A DNA stretch of 64,000 bases from Opitutales bacterium (GTDB taxonomy: Bacteria; Verrucomicrobiota; Verrucomicrobiia; Opitutales; UBA2987). The notes below the pieces were generated by a model. That model made no database searches and was not told the origin of the DNA. It saw only the letters and a list, made by a program, of their open reading frames with translations. Shown piece after piece: positions 10,791-22,103 of the stretch (its first letter is position 1; the number at the start of each line of letters is the position of its first letter). The stretch spans positions 640,001-704,000 of the forward strand of contig CBDDEL010000016.1 in NCBI GenBank assembly GCA_965226885.1, read 5' to 3'. A program made the position numbers and the translations under genes.

Positions 10791-12017
10791 TTGCTGTTTT
10801 ACGCACAAACTCCTCCAGCATCCTGACGGCGTTGGCTGGTCCGTTTTCCTTTTTTAATATATCCGCGACCTCTTCGGCCCTTTGCCTCATTGCGGTATTT
10901 TTTTTTATTTGATGAATGGCTTCGGGCAGGGTTTCGGGCCAGCGTTTTTTATTTACCATAATTCCAGTGCCAATGCGTCGAACCTCCCCGGCCCAGAAGG
11001 GCTGGTCGGCAATGTGCGGTACCACAATGGCCGGTTTGCCCGAATGCAGGGCCGAAGCCGTTGTACCGGCTCCCCCGTGATGCACAATACAGGAGGCATG
11101 GCGAAAGAGCTGGTCGTGGGAAACTTTACCAACGATCAGGATGTGTGATAGCCTTTGCGGATTGGAAAAACCGGCCCAGCCGCTTTGCAGAATGATCTTC
11201 TTTTCCTTGGGCCAATTGTCGATGAAGCGGCGCATATTTTCGGCATCCCGATCGGTGGTGACGCTGCCGAAAGTCAAAATCGGCGTCTCAACTCCTTGGC
11301 AAAAGGTGTTCAGCCGCCTTTCTAATTGGGCGTCTTCCTCGGCCTGCCAACGCAAATAACCTGGGTAGCGAAATCGGAGCGGGGTGCCCACAGAAATTTT
11401 CATGAGGGCCGGTGAAACGGTTACCAGGACCAGATCGGCGGGACCGAGGAGAAAATTTTTAATGCGGGGAATGGAATGGCGCTTGAGGGAATAATCGATG
11501 GTTGCGCTGGCCGTTTTCCACCACAGACGGTTCCACGTTTCACGAATCGGGCGAGGCAGCCAGGCGATTTTTTTAATCGGAAAAGGAGGCGCTTGGGGTT
11601 GGGGCACAAGGCAATGACAAAAGGCCAGCATGGCGGTCGGAACCCCCTGTCTTTGGGCCAGAAACTTGTAATAAAGGGAAATATAAGAGGTTATAAGCAG
11701 GTCGCATTCAGCCAGGGCGGTATCCATACGCTCAATCAGCTCGTCGGCAAAAGGCAGGGGCCGCCCTCGTAGATGGTCCTGAGTTGCGCCAGCGGATGCC
11801 GGGCCCGGTTGAGGAGGCGCATTTGCCCGGCCAGTTCCTCCTGATCCCAATCGGGCGGAAGATAGTGGTAATCCAGCCCGGCGCTTTCAATTTCCGCTCT
11901 GAACAATGGCATTGTGGCAAACCGCACCGCATGACCGGCCCGGCGCAAGGCCCTTCCCAGGGCGATTACCGGGTAGATGTCGCCGGTCGATCCGTGTGAA
12001 CTGAGCAATACGCGCAT
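10771..12017 (-). pseudogene. GT1/GT28-type (sterol glucosyltransferase-like) glycosyltransferase, frameshifted near 11760
   Basis: N-terminal GSTGDIYPVIALGRAL (ORF 11736..12017) and C-terminal HHGGAGTT..DQPFW (ORF 10771..11850) lie in different frames. Confidence 0.85.
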
Positions 12018-12080
12018 TTTCCCTCGCTTCTTAGATGAAAGGTTGCCTGTGCCCGCGAGTCACTGCTTAAATTGTCGGCC

Positions 12081-13019
12081 ATGAAACCCGCTTTAGTCAT
12101 ATTGGCCGCCGGTTTGGGCAATCGTTACGGTGGCCTCAAACAGCTCGACCGGGTCGGCCCATGCGGTGGATCCCTCCTTGAATATTCGGTTTACGACGCC
12201 CTGCGAGCCGGTTTTGGGAAAATAATCTTTGTCATACGGAAAGACTTTGAGACGGAATTTCGGCAACGTATCAGCTCGAAATTTGCCAGTAAGGTCCAGG
12301 TCGAGCATGTATTTCAGGAAATCGGCGACCTACCGGAAGGGTTTGAAGTGCCTATTGGCCGCAAAAAGCCCTGGGGTACGGCCCACGCGGTTTATGCGGC
12401 CAGAGATTTTATTGATGATCCTTTCGGAGTTATTAATGCCGACGATTTTTACGGGCCGTCCGCATATGAGAAACAGGTAGAATTTCTGATAAATAAAACC
12501 GGCGGCAAGGTCCCATCCTGGTGCCTTATTGGTTATCCATTAAAGAACACACTTTCTGAGCATGGGACTGTCTCCCGGGCTGTTTGTAAAGTCGATAAGG
12601 AGAGATATTTGCTCGAATTAAGAGAGTATTCCAAACTTAAGCGGGATGCCAAAGGACAGATTAGTTCAATCGAAAATATTAAGGATGAGACCCAGATTGG
12701 CCCTGTTGGGGATGCTGATGTTTATGTTTCCATGAGCTGCTTTGGGTTTACTTGCGAAATTTTTTCGATAATCGGTTCTGAATTTGAAAAGTTTTTATCT
12801 CTCTATAAGGTCAATTCTGACGGTCAATCGGAGTTTTTTCTCCCGTCTATTGTGCAGGACGCCATTCGTGATGAAAAAGCCGAATTGAAGGTTCTTCCTA
12901 CGAATGAAAAATGGCTTGGTCTCACCTACCGGGAAGACCTCCAAGATGTGCGCGCAAAAATCGCACAAATGGTGAAATCAGGCCAATATCCAAAGTCGCT
13001 CTGGGCGTCTTCGGATTAA
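12081..13019 (+). CDS. Sugar-phosphate nucleotidyltransferase
   Basis: LVILAAGLGNRYGGLKQ, KPWGTAHA and VINADDFYG motifs. Confidence 0.9.
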   Translation: MKPALVILAAGLGNRYGGLKQLDRVGPCGGSLLEYSVYDALRAGFGKIIFVIRKDFETEFRQRISSKFASKVQVEHVFQEIGDLPEGFEVPIGRKKPWGTAHAVYAARDFIDDPFGVINADDFYGPSAYEKQVEFLINKTGGKVPSWCLIGYPLKNTLSEHGTVSRAVCKVDKERYLLELREYSKLKRDAKGQISSIENIKDETQIGPVGDADVYVSMSCFGFTCEIFSIIGSEFEKFLSLYKVNSDGQSEFFLPSIVQDAIRDEKAELKVLPTNEKWLGLTYREDLQDVRAKIAQMVKSGQYPKSLWASSD

Positions 13020-13732
13020 GCTTCCACAAAGAGGGCGATTCCGGTGGCGTTGTCCGGCCCGCCCCGATCATTGGCAATCTCGATCAGTTTCATGACCAAA
13101 TCTTTGGGGTTGGGCGAATGCATGGATTCCTGATGTATTTCTTCCTCCGTCATCGTTTTGGTGATGCCGTCGCTACAGATCAGGAAGCGGTCCCCGGGCC
13201 GGGGGCTGAATTTATAAACGTCGGTTTTGAGCTCGCCTATTTGGCCGATACAGCGGGTCAGGGTGTGCGAAAAATATTCCGGTATGTAAACATCTTCCCC
13301 GGGGGTCAGGCGAGCCCGCATCTCTTCTTCCATGGTGTGGTCGGTAGTCAATTGAATCCATGATTTGCGGCGAAAAAGAAGCACCGCCGAATCGCCCACA
13401 TGGCCGATGACGACATGCTTGGAATTGAATCGCAAAACCGTCAGGGTGGTTCCAATTCCGATCTCCTTGTTTATCTTTAGACCTTCCTCGCAAACCTTCT
13501 GGTTGATGGAGTCAAAGAGGTTTTGATAATCCATATTTTTGGGGAAATTATTCGTCTTAATGGCTTCCTCAAGGTATTGGATGGCCAAATTGCTGGCCGT
13601 TTTCCCCGCCGGTAAGCCGCCCAGCCCATCGGCCACAGCATAAATACAATAGCGGTCGTTAACGAGATACATGTCCTCGTTTTGTTTCCGTACTTTACCT
13701 TGGTCGGAATGCCCGAAACTGGATATATTCAT
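13016..13732 (-). CDS. PP2C-family Ser/Thr protein phosphatase
   Basis: RKQNED, VADGLGG, GTT, HVGDS, TDH, CSDG and GGPDNAT motifs. Confidence 0.95.
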   Translation of the reverse strand: MNISSFGHSDQGKVRKQNEDMYLVNDRYCIYAVADGLGGLPAGKTASNLAIQYLEEAIKTNNFPKNMDYQNLFDSINQKVCEEGLKINKEIGIGTTLTVLRFNSKHVVIGHVGDSAVLLFRRKSWIQLTTDHTMEEEMRARLTPGEDVYIPEYFSHTLTRCIGQIGELKTDVYKFSPRPGDRFLICSDGITKTMTEEEIHQESMHSPNPKDLVMKLIEIANDRGGPDNATGIALFVEA

Positions 13733-13974
13733 ATAATAGACGAGTTGGGACAAAGCCAATGCTTCCCAATCCCTGTGCCGATTTCTTCAACTTCAATGAA
13801 TAAAAATAATAAACAATCCCCATAGAGGGATTCGACAATCGGCCTTTAAAAAGATAACACATGCTATCAAATTTTTTTTAAATCTCAATTCAAATCTACG
13901 CCTCAACAGCAATTTCTTTTGCACCTCTTTCAAACCCCCACTCAACATCGCCAACATCGGTTTTGGGATAGATC

Positions 13975-16041
13975 CTAATCCACCTGCAAGGGCCGAAAAA
14001 CGGCTTCCTTGTCGGTCCGTCGAAAGGTGATGTAGTTGCTTCGCGGTAGGACGGCTAAAAACCGCCTCCCATACTCCCGCTGCAAGAGTCGCGAATCAAG
14101 CAGTGTGACAGTTCCCTGGTCCGTTTTTTTACGGATCAAACGGCCGATTCCCTGGCGGAATTTTATCAAGGCTTCCGGCAAGGTTATGTCTTTGAAAGGA
14201 TGGCCTCCCCGCGATCGAACCCATTCGGATTTGGCCTCGACCACAGGATGGGAAGGGTTTTCAAAGGGAAGCCGGGTCAAAATAACCTGGGAAAGCGCCG
14301 GTCCGGGAATATCGACGCCCGTCCAGAAACTGTCCGTCCCGAAGAGGACACCATTTCCGGCCTCGTAAAAACCCTTCGCCAGATCCGCCCTGGAACCATC
14401 CCTGCCATGGAGGAAAAAGGGACGTTTCTGTTTCATCAGAGAATCTTCCACTTTTTGGGCAACCCGGCGCATGTCGTTGTGGCTAGTAAAGAGAACCAAG
14501 CTTCCACCCTCTACTTTTAGAGCGCAAAAGGCAATCATGTCGGCCAGGTAATCGATGTCCAGGCGGGCATTTTCCCGCGATGGCGCAGGGGCGTCGGCAG
14601 CGACGAATATGCGTATGCATTTTTCATAATCGAAGGGTGAGGCGACTCGTTCGGCCGTCTGCCCGTCGGCCCCAACTTTTTCCATAAAATGGCCCATATC
14701 CTCACCTTCGCCCAAGGTGGCGCTGGTCAAAAGGACGGATGTCCGACGGGTAAACAAATGCTCCCGGAGTACCTCGCCCACGTCGACGGGGGCGGCCCTC
14801 AAGGCGAGATTGCGCCTTCGTTTACCCCGGTCTTCCATCCAGTAAACATGGTCGTTCTCTTCTGCCCGGAGACAAACCTCCAGAGCCATGCGGCATGAAT
14901 TGAGGCGGTCCCGAAGGTCCAGCAAGTCGTCCCGCTGCGGTCCTGTATCCAGTCTGTCGGCCGCCCCTGCCGTTCGTTGGGCTAAGTTCTGCAGGTTTGG
15001 GGCCAGAGAATTGGTTTTCAAGGCATATTCTCGAATCCGCACCACTTTTTTATCGCCCAAATACTTATCCTGCAGATCATCGAAAAAGATTTTTGCCAGG
15101 GGAATGGTTTTTTCCACCGTTTTGCAGTCGTCTCCCCGTCCATAAAGACTGAAAAGACCTTTTCTGCGGCGAGGGTTGTAGAGGCGTTTAAGGAGTCTGT
15201 CTATGGCGATCTCGCTGATGTGCCAGCCGAATTGTTCCGAAGCCACCTTGGTCAGGGTCTGGGCTTCATCAAGCACGGCAAAGTCGTCGGGGAAAAGGAT
15301 GCCTGGGGCTTTATTTCCAGCCCCGGCCCCGGCGTTGAGCAGGGAAAATAGCAAACTGTGATTGACGATGACGATTTGGGCCTGCCTCAGCCGGGACCGC
15401 GCTTTTTGAAAAAAACAGGTTTGCGGGTTGCAATTGCGGGGATTGCAGGCGGCCGATTCGGCGCTTACCCATTCCCATACTTCCGGCGAGAGAGCCGGAT
15501 GCAATTCGTGTAAAAGCCCCGTTTGGGTCTGCCCGGCCCAGTGACAAACCCTTTCCAATTCCTCTTGCGCCAAGGATCGAAACAAATCCGCCTTGCTGGC
15601 GATAGCCTGCGCCAATCGCGTGCCGCACAAATAATTCCCGCGCCCGACCAGCAAGGCCGATTTAAAATTCCGGTATTTTTCCAGTTCCGGCACACAACTA
15701 AAGAGTTCCCGGCAAAGGGGGAGGTCTTTATTTTGGATTTGTTCCTGCAGGGAAATGGTGTGGGTGGATACGATGCATTGGCGTTCGGCATCGGCGGCCC
15801 GCAGAATTGCCGGGACCAGATAGGCCAGGCTCTTGCCCACGCCGGTGCCCGCTTCAAAGAGGAGCGGGTTGTCGGTGGCAAAGGATTGGGCGGCGGCAAC
15901 GGCCATCTGTTCCTGCTGCGGCCGGTGCTCCAGTTCCAGGGCGGTGCAAAGCCAGCCGTCGGGACGAAAAATTTCTTCCATCCGCCTGGGCAGCGAGCTT
16001 GCTTTTTCTCCGCTTTCAAAAGCCTCTTTAAGCGCAATCAT
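13975..16041 (-). CDS. DinG/YoaA-family ATP-dependent DNA helicase
   Basis: EAGTGVGKS, Fe-S cysteines, DEAQ, TSATL, SFWTGVD and QGIGRLIR motifs. Confidence 0.95.
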   Translation of the reverse strand: MIALKEAFESGEKASSLPRRMEEIFRPDGWLCTALELEHRPQQEQMAVAAAQSFATDNPLLFEAGTGVGKSLAYLVPAILRAADAERQCIVSTHTISLQEQIQNKDLPLCRELFSCVPELEKYRNFKSALLVGRGNYLCGTRLAQAIASKADLFRSLAQEELERVCHWAGQTQTGLLHELHPALSPEVWEWVSAESAACNPRNCNPQTCFFQKARSRLRQAQIVIVNHSLLFSLLNAGAGAGNKAPGILFPDDFAVLDEAQTLTKVASEQFGWHISEIAIDRLLKRLYNPRRRKGLFSLYGRGDDCKTVEKTIPLAKIFFDDLQDKYLGDKKVVRIREYALKTNSLAPNLQNLAQRTAGAADRLDTGPQRDDLLDLRDRLNSCRMALEVCLRAEENDHVYWMEDRGKRRRNLALRAAPVDVGEVLREHLFTRRTSVLLTSATLGEGEDMGHFMEKVGADGQTAERVASPFDYEKCIRIFVAADAPAPSRENARLDIDYLADMIAFCALKVEGGSLVLFTSHNDMRRVAQKVEDSLMKQKRPFFLHGRDGSRADLAKGFYEAGNGVLFGTDSFWTGVDIPGPALSQVILTRLPFENPSHPVVEAKSEWVRSRGGHPFKDITLPEALIKFRQGIGRLIRKKTDQGTVTLLDSRLLQREYGRRFLAVLPRSNYITFRRTDKEAVFRPLQVD

Positions 16042-16087
16042 GGACAGAGAAACTTTGCCCGGAAGGAAAAAAATACAACAAGGTTTT

Positions 16088-17620
16088 TTAAAGCAGGTAG
16101 CTGAGGGCTCCCTGGTAGAAGCCGAGGAGGAGGGTTCCTGCGGTCAGGCAGCCCAGGACAATGCGGTGGTCACTGGAGTTGGCGGGGTTCAGACTGGCGG
16201 GTTGATCTTCTTCTATTTTCATTCCTGTTTCTGTTACCAAACGCGGCACGAGGTAGGCTTCCATAATCCAGCCGAAATAATAATAAATGGACATGACCAC
16301 ACCGATTACGGCCACACCCAGCAATCCGTAAAGCCCGGCCTGAAAAGCGGCGATAAAAATGAGCAGTTTCCCTATGAAACCGGCCAGAGGTGGTACTCCG
16401 GCCAGAGAACCCAGCCCGATAACGAGAACCGTCCCGTTAAAGGGATTCTGGCGGGCGAGGCCCTTGAAGTCGTCGAGCGTCAGTTCGGCATCTTCGAGGG
16501 GCCCTATATTGTTCATCACGCCGAAGACGGCGAAAGCGGCCATCAGGTAGGTAAAGAGGTAAAAAATAACTGCGTTGGCAGCCCAGGGAACTTCGAATGA
16601 GGCGACCACCCCGATGAGCAGATAACCGGCGTGGGCGATGCCGGACAATCCTATCAGCCGCTTTACATTTCTCTCGGAAAGAGCGCCCAGATTACCGAAC
16701 AAAATGGTCAATATGGCGATGGCCCCGAGCATAGGAACAAGGACGCTGCCCAGGGGCGCGAACGGGCCTTGCACGAGGTTGATCAAAACGGCGAAGCCCC
16801 CGGCCTTGGAGGCTACGGCGAGAAATGAAGTGATTGGGGTGGGAGAGCCTTGGTAAACGTCGGGAATCCATATTTGAAAAGGAACCGCGCCGATCTTGAA
16901 GGCAACTCCGCACAGAACGAGGACGGCACCGGCCAGAACCAGCAAATTATTGGGATTGGCCTCGATAAAACCCTGGAGGGAGGCAAAGTTCATGGGATCC
17001 CCGCTCGATCCCGGTAGCTCGGGATTCCCACCTGCTCCGTATAATAGAACGATCCCGAAAAGTAAAATGGCTGAACTGAAAGCGCCCAAAATGAGGTATT
17101 TCAGCCCTGCTTCGAGGGAATAAAGGCTGTCCCGCGAATAACTGACCAGGATGTAAAAACCGACCGTGACGGTTTCCAGGGCGACAAAGAGAAGGATAAA
17201 GTTATGGCTTTGGACCAGTAACATGAGGCCGGCCGTAACGATCAAAATCAAATGGAAAAGCTCCACCTTTGGGAGCCCCCTGCGCTCCGCGTATTGGTTG
17301 CCGAAATGGCAGACCAGCAGCGAGCACAGGAGAAAAAAGAACCGCATGGCGTCCCCACGTATCGAATGTATTAAAAGCCCGTTAAAAGTAATCTGATCGC
17401 CCAAACCGCTAAAAATCGAGGTATAAGCGACTCCCAAAATGAGGATGCCCGCCTGTCCCCAAAGGGCGATCCTGGGAATGAGCGCCCATCGCTCCCGGGG
17501 AAGGATCAATTCCATCGCCAGGAGCAGCAAAGCCAATACCCCGAGAGCTATTTCGGGCAGAATCGACAACCAGGTATTATCCCGGGCGATCTCCGCATAG
17601 ACTGCCATTCGATCATTCAT
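16088..17620 (-). CDS. nuoN: NADH-quinone oxidoreductase subunit N
   Basis: EAGLKY and FKIGAVPFQIWIPDVYQG motifs; last gene of the nuo operon. Confidence 0.95.
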   Translation of the reverse strand: MNDRMAVYAEIARDNTWLSILPEIALGVLALLLLAMELILPRERWALIPRIALWGQAGILILGVAYTSIFSGLGDQITFNGLLIHSIRGDAMRFFFLLCSLLVCHFGNQYAERRGLPKVELFHLILIVTAGLMLLVQSHNFILLFVALETVTVGFYILVSYSRDSLYSLEAGLKYLILGAFSSAILLFGIVLLYGAGGNPELPGSSGDPMNFASLQGFIEANPNNLLVLAGAVLVLCGVAFKIGAVPFQIWIPDVYQGSPTPITSFLAVASKAGGFAVLINLVQGPFAPLGSVLVPMLGAIAILTILFGNLGALSERNVKRLIGLSGIAHAGYLLIGVVASFEVPWAANAVIFYLFTYLMAAFAVFGVMNNIGPLEDAELTLDDFKGLARQNPFNGTVLVIGLGSLAGVPPLAGFIGKLLIFIAAFQAGLYGLLGVAVIGVVMSIYYYFGWIMEAYLVPRLVTETGMKIEEDQPASLNPANSSDHRIVLGCLTAGTLLLGFYQGALSYLL

Positions 17621-19256
17621 TGTTTAAATCCATAGTCAGTTGGCGCATGTTTTCAGAAGAGATAATTTCAGTTACGGTCATGGGAGCGTTTGCCTCATAG
17701 AGCGAGTGAAGGGCGTCATTAAGACTGTCGGAAATCGCCCGGGGCCAAAATCCTATCAGGAGCAGCGCCACCAGCAGAATCAAAGCGGGCAGGCGCTCGC
17801 ACAGCCGGATGTCGCTCATCCGTTCGAAACCGTCATTTCCTTTAACCGCCTCCGAGTATTCGCCAAAAAAAATGCTGCGGGCCGCCCTCAACCCATAGAG
17901 AGCCGATATTAAGATTCCCGTCACGGCCGGGAAAATGAGCCAGGTTTTAAAATTCCAAATCCCGATGAAAATTCCGATTTCACCCCAGAAATTGGCAAAA
18001 CCGGGCAGCCCCGCATTGGCCATGACGGCCATGACAAAGAAGCAGGCCAAGAGGGGCGTTTTCCGGCAAAGGCCGCCCATTTCGTGCATCTCGCAAGTTC
18101 CGCTCCGCTGATATATACAGTCCGACAAGAGGAAAAGAAGGGCCACCGAAAGTCCGTGGGCAAACATCATGAGGACCGCCCCCCCCACGCCGATAACTGA
18201 CAAACAGGCAATGCCCAGAAACGCGTAGCCCATGTGCATGACCGAGCTGTAACCGATCATTTGCTTGAGGTCCCGCTGCCCCACCGTGGCCAGGCCGATG
18301 AGGATGATATTTCCCAGCGCCAGCCAGATGAGCAGCCCCGTCCACTGGCTCGCCCCAAGTGGCAGTAGCGGTGCGCCGATCTGAATGAGCCCGTAAAGCC
18401 CGAATTTCTTAAGGACGCCCGCGTGCATCATGGCTACGGAGGCGGGGGCGGCCCCATACGCTCGCGGAGCCCAACTGTGAAAGGGCCACAACGACACCAA
18501 TATACCAAAGCCAAATAGCAGGAGGGCAAATATTTTATCCTGGATTATGGCCGTAAATGGTTGCTCCTGGAAATAGGCCCGTAGCGAGACGATGTCGAAG
18601 GACTTTAAACCGCTGCCGCTGTAGTAAAGAGCCAGCAATCCGAGGAGTGAAATGAGTGCCCCCAAAGTCAGGTAAATGGCCATTTCCATGGCCGCCGGGC
18701 GTTTGCCTTTGCCCCCCCATACGGCGATCGTTATGAAGGTCGGGATGAGGGCGATTTCATGAAAAAAATAGAAGAAGAAAATATCGATGGAGGCGAAAAT
18801 CCCCATCAGGCCGCCCTGTATGAACAGGAGCAGGATGAGGTAATGGCGCAGGCGCTCCAGGTTGGAATAAATAGCGTAAATTCCGGCCGCCAATCCGACG
18901 ATCCCGGCCAACAGATAGAGCGGCAAGGAAATCCCGTTGAGGCCCAGCTTGAGGCTGATGCCGAAGTTTTCCAGGCCCGTCGCCGTGTCAGAGACAAAGG
19001 CAAAGCCGATATACCGGGCGCTCGAATAAACATACCAGAGCCAAACCGAGATGACGAATGGAACAATGAATCCGGCCAGCGCCAAAGCCCGGTAGTATTT
19101 GCCGCTCAATCCACCCGCCGCCAGGAGGACGAAAGCGATTATCAAGGGCGTATTGATGGAAATTAGCAATAGCGAGGCATTGAGGGCCATACCACGAAAA
19201 ATCACGAGGTCGAGGAGGCCGTCCAGGGCATTGACGATATATTGAAGAATTTCCAT
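17613..19256 (-). CDS. nuoM: NADH-quinone oxidoreductase subunit M
   Basis: Antiporter-like subunit (PFHSWAP, GVLKKFGLYG, YSSVMHMG); operon order. Confidence 0.95.
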   Translation of the reverse strand: MEILQYIVNALDGLLDLVIFRGMALNASLLLISINTPLIIAFVLLAAGGLSGKYYRALALAGFIVPFVISVWLWYVYSSARYIGFAFVSDTATGLENFGISLKLGLNGISLPLYLLAGIVGLAAGIYAIYSNLERLRHYLILLLFIQGGLMGIFASIDIFFFYFFHEIALIPTFITIAVWGGKGKRPAAMEMAIYLTLGALISLLGLLALYYSGSGLKSFDIVSLRAYFQEQPFTAIIQDKIFALLLFGFGILVSLWPFHSWAPRAYGAAPASVAMMHAGVLKKFGLYGLIQIGAPLLPLGASQWTGLLIWLALGNIILIGLATVGQRDLKQMIGYSSVMHMGYAFLGIACLSVIGVGGAVLMMFAHGLSVALLFLLSDCIYQRSGTCEMHEMGGLCRKTPLLACFFVMAVMANAGLPGFANFWGEIGIFIGIWNFKTWLIFPAVTGILISALYGLRAARSIFFGEYSEAVKGNDGFERMSDIRLCERLPALILLVALLLIGFWPRAISDSLNDALHSLYEANAPMTVTEIISSENMRQLTMDLNNE

Positions 19257-19300
19257 TGGGAAAACGTTATCTCTTTAATTCATAAAAATAATACCAATAC

Positions 19301-21184
19301 CTATAGCCAGCCGGCGGCCAGAGCCCAGAAAAGGAGAATTCCGGTAAAGAACCAGTAAACATAACCATGAAGACTGCCAATGTGGGTTGCCCGCACCATC
19401 AATCCCGCCAAACCGGTTATAGCGGCGGTTCCGCGCACCATCAGGCCGGAAATGAATAACTGGTCGAATAACCCGAGAAGTTCCACTGCGGGCTGCTGAA
19501 TTTTATCGATATACCACTCGTAAATCTCGTCGAAATAGAGTCGCGCCTGCAAGAAGGCAAAAGCTCGTGGGAGAGTTTTGGCCAGCCGGTCCTGGGCCGC
19601 CCCGGGTTTATAGTAGAGCATTGCCCCCACCAATCCCAGAATTGAGCAACTCGCCGAAAGGATTACCATAAGCGTGTGATCGAAACCATGCGCCTTCGGC
19701 AACTGTTCCAGCAAGCTCTGGACGACTGGCGGGTAAAGCTGGACCATTCCCCCTATAAAAGTGGACCCCAATCCGAGGACGGCCAGGGGAAGGAGCATGA
19801 CAAAGGAGCTTTCTCTGGCATTTTTCGCCGAATCCGATTTAGCCTCCCCGAAAAATACGATGAACCAGAGCCGCCCCATGTAGAGGGCGGTAAGGACGGC
19901 GGAAAATCCTAATATCCCGTAGATGGCCCCATTGCTCTTCAGGGTCAGGTAGAGAATGGGGTCCTTGCTCCAGAATCCGGCCCCGATCCAGGGAATGCCG
20001 GAAATGGCAATCACGCCGATGGTGAAAAAGAGAAAAGTCAGGGGCATTTTCCGGCTGAGGCCGCCCATTTTGAAAATATCCTGTTCGTGATGACAGGCAT
20101 TGATGATGGAGCCGGAACCGAGAAAGAGAAGGCCCTTGAAAAAAGCGTGGGTGGTGAGGTGAAACATGGCCGCCGCCACTCCCGCCAGGATGCCGAAATG
20201 CGAAGACTCCTCCAGCCCGGCCAGAGTTCCCACCCCGAATACCGCCACCATAAAGCCCAATTGGGACAGGGTGGAAAAAGCCAATATCCGCTTGATGTCG
20301 TTTTGGGCGATCGCGCAAAAGGCGGAAAACAGGGCAGTGACCGCGCCAACCCAGGCAATGACAACCAGCGCCTCCGGGGTGAACATGAAAAAGACCCGGC
20401 ACAGGAAATAGACACCCGCCGCCACCATGGTGGCCGCATGGATGAGGGCGGATACCGGTGTAGGGCCTTCCATGGCATCCGGCAGCCAGATGTGCAAAGG
20501 CATTTGGGCCGATTTTCCAAGCACCCCGCAGAGCAGGCAAAGGCCCATGCCGGTGACCAAAAGGCTCGGATTCAAAGCGAGAAGTTCTTTCAACTCCGCC
20601 AAATCGACCGTCCCGTATTGCCAGTAGCACCAGATGATGCCGATGAGGAACCCGAAATCGCCGACCCGGTTGACCAAAAAAGCTTTTTTGGCCGCCTCGG
20701 CCGCTGAATTTTTCTCAAAATAATGACCGATCAGCATGTAGGAACTGAATCCCACCAGCTCCCAGAAAATGAACAGCATGAAGAGGTTGTCGGCCAGCAC
20801 GATGCCGAGCATAGAAAAGAAGAAAAACGAGAGCCCGCCAAAATACCGCCCCTGCGCTTTATCCTCCCGCATGTAGCCGACACTGAACAGGTGTATCCAG
20901 AAACCGACAAAGCTGACCACGAACAGCATAAGGGCGGAAAGCCGGTTGAAGAGAAAACCCATCGAAATGGTAACACTGCCCAGGGTCAGCCATTCTCGGG
21001 ATACATGCAGTTCCTCAATGCCTGAAATATAAACCGCATGGAGTGACAGCAGCATGACTACACCGGCAGCACCGCCCGATAGGATGGAGGCGATCTTTCC
21101 CTTTCTTCGGAAAAAAAGAATGGTCAGCATGGCCGAAACGAGAGGCGCCAGCAAGATGACCGAGAGTATTGGAACGAGGCTCAT
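19301..21184 (-). CDS. nuoL: NADH-quinone oxidoreductase subunit L
   Basis: KSAQMPLHIWLPDAMEGPTPVSALIHAATMV motif. Confidence 0.97.
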   Translation of the reverse strand: MSLVPILSVILLAPLVSAMLTILFFRRKGKIASILSGGAAGVVMLLSLHAVYISGIEELHVSREWLTLGSVTISMGFLFNRLSALMLFVVSFVGFWIHLFSVGYMREDKAQGRYFGGLSFFFFSMLGIVLADNLFMLFIFWELVGFSSYMLIGHYFEKNSAAEAAKKAFLVNRVGDFGFLIGIIWCYWQYGTVDLAELKELLALNPSLLVTGMGLCLLCGVLGKSAQMPLHIWLPDAMEGPTPVSALIHAATMVAAGVYFLCRVFFMFTPEALVVIAWVGAVTALFSAFCAIAQNDIKRILAFSTLSQLGFMVAVFGVGTLAGLEESSHFGILAGVAAAMFHLTTHAFFKGLLFLGSGSIINACHHEQDIFKMGGLSRKMPLTFLFFTIGVIAISGIPWIGAGFWSKDPILYLTLKSNGAIYGILGFSAVLTALYMGRLWFIVFFGEAKSDSAKNARESSFVMLLPLAVLGLGSTFIGGMVQLYPPVVQSLLEQLPKAHGFDHTLMVILSASCSILGLVGAMLYYKPGAAQDRLAKTLPRAFAFLQARLYFDEIYEWYIDKIQQPAVELLGLFDQLFISGLMVRGTAAITGLAGLMVRATHIGSLHGYVYWFFTGILLFWALAAGWL

Positions 21185-21189
21185 TTCTC

Positions 21190-21510
21190 TCAGTTCTTTA
21201 AAGCGTTCATCTCACTCACCAAAACGGTTCCCCGCTTGCGGTAGAGGGCCACGATAATGGCCAGTCCAACGGCCACCTCGGCGGCTGCCACCGTGATGAT
21301 AAAAAACACGAAAACATGCCCATCCATCATGGGATGATCGGGCGTCGCGTTGTAGCGGGAAAAACTGACCAAAGCCAGATTGACGGCGTTGAGCATCAAT
21401 TCCAGCGACATGTAAATAATCAAGGTGTTTCGACGCGCCAGAACACCGAAAACCCCGATCGCAAAGAGCAACCCGGAAATGGTCAAAAAGGCGTTCAGTC
21501 CTACCGTCAT
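21190..21510 (-). CDS. nuoK: NADH-quinone oxidoreductase subunit K
   Basis: ELMLNAVN and [10 protein letters not shown] motifs. Confidence 0.97.
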   Translation of the reverse strand: MTVGLNAFLTISGLLFAIGVFGVLARRNTLIIYMSLELMLNAVNLALVSFSRYNATPDHPMMDGHVFVFFIITVAAAEVAVGLAIIVALYRKRGTVLVSEMNALKN

Positions 21511-21538
21511 TATATCAAATTTTGCAATTGGTTTTCGA

Positions 21539-22063
21539 TTAATCCCCGGATGATGTTTCCGTATTGGAGGGTTCTTTTTTGCTGATGTAAATCACCCCCA
21601 CCATGGCGGCCAGCAGCAAAAACCCGATCAGTTGGAATGGGAGCATGTATTTGGTAAATAATTCATAACCGAAATGACGCGACAGAGAGGCCGCCGTTCG
21701 CAAGGGAAGATCCGGTTCGGGCCCCCCCCGGCCCGATGCAAAGAGGCTCAAAACTCCCAGCGCCAGCAGGACAAAGGCCATCCCCGCCGCCACAACGCTG
21801 ATCGCCTTGGGCCGAATTTTGCCCGATCCCTCGACATCCAGCAGCATGATGATAAAGAGAAAGAGTACGACCACGGCGCCGGCGTAAACCAGAGTCTGGA
21901 TAACTGCCAAAAAATAAGATTCCAACAATACGAACAGGGCCGCTATCCCGACAAGAGAAACGATGAGGGACATCGCTCCATTAACAGGATTGCGACTTAC
22001 CACCACGAAAAAAGCGGAAACGAGGATCCCGGAAGCAAATAAATAAAAAAGAATGTCTTCCAT
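21539..22063 (-). CDS. nuoJ: NADH-quinone oxidoreductase subunit J
   Basis: RNPV and [12 protein letters not shown] motifs. Confidence 0.95.
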   Translation of the reverse strand: MEDILFYLFASGILVSAFFVVVSRNPVNGAMSLIVSLVGIAALFVLLESYFLAVIQTLVYAGAVVVLFLFIIMLLDVEGSGKIRPKAISVVAAGMAFVLLALGVLSLFASGRGGPEPDLPLRTAASLSRHFGYELFTKYMLPFQLIGFLLLAAMVGVIYISKKEPSNTETSSGD

Positions 22064-22103
22064 GAATAATTAAGAACTGAAAAGGCTTTTTAACCGGGCC
22101 GGT

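Noticed and set aside
13975..16041. CasDinG / type IV CRISPR helicase
   Set aside because: Housekeeping context after nuoN, Fe-S-type DinG/YoaA, and no cas neighbours.
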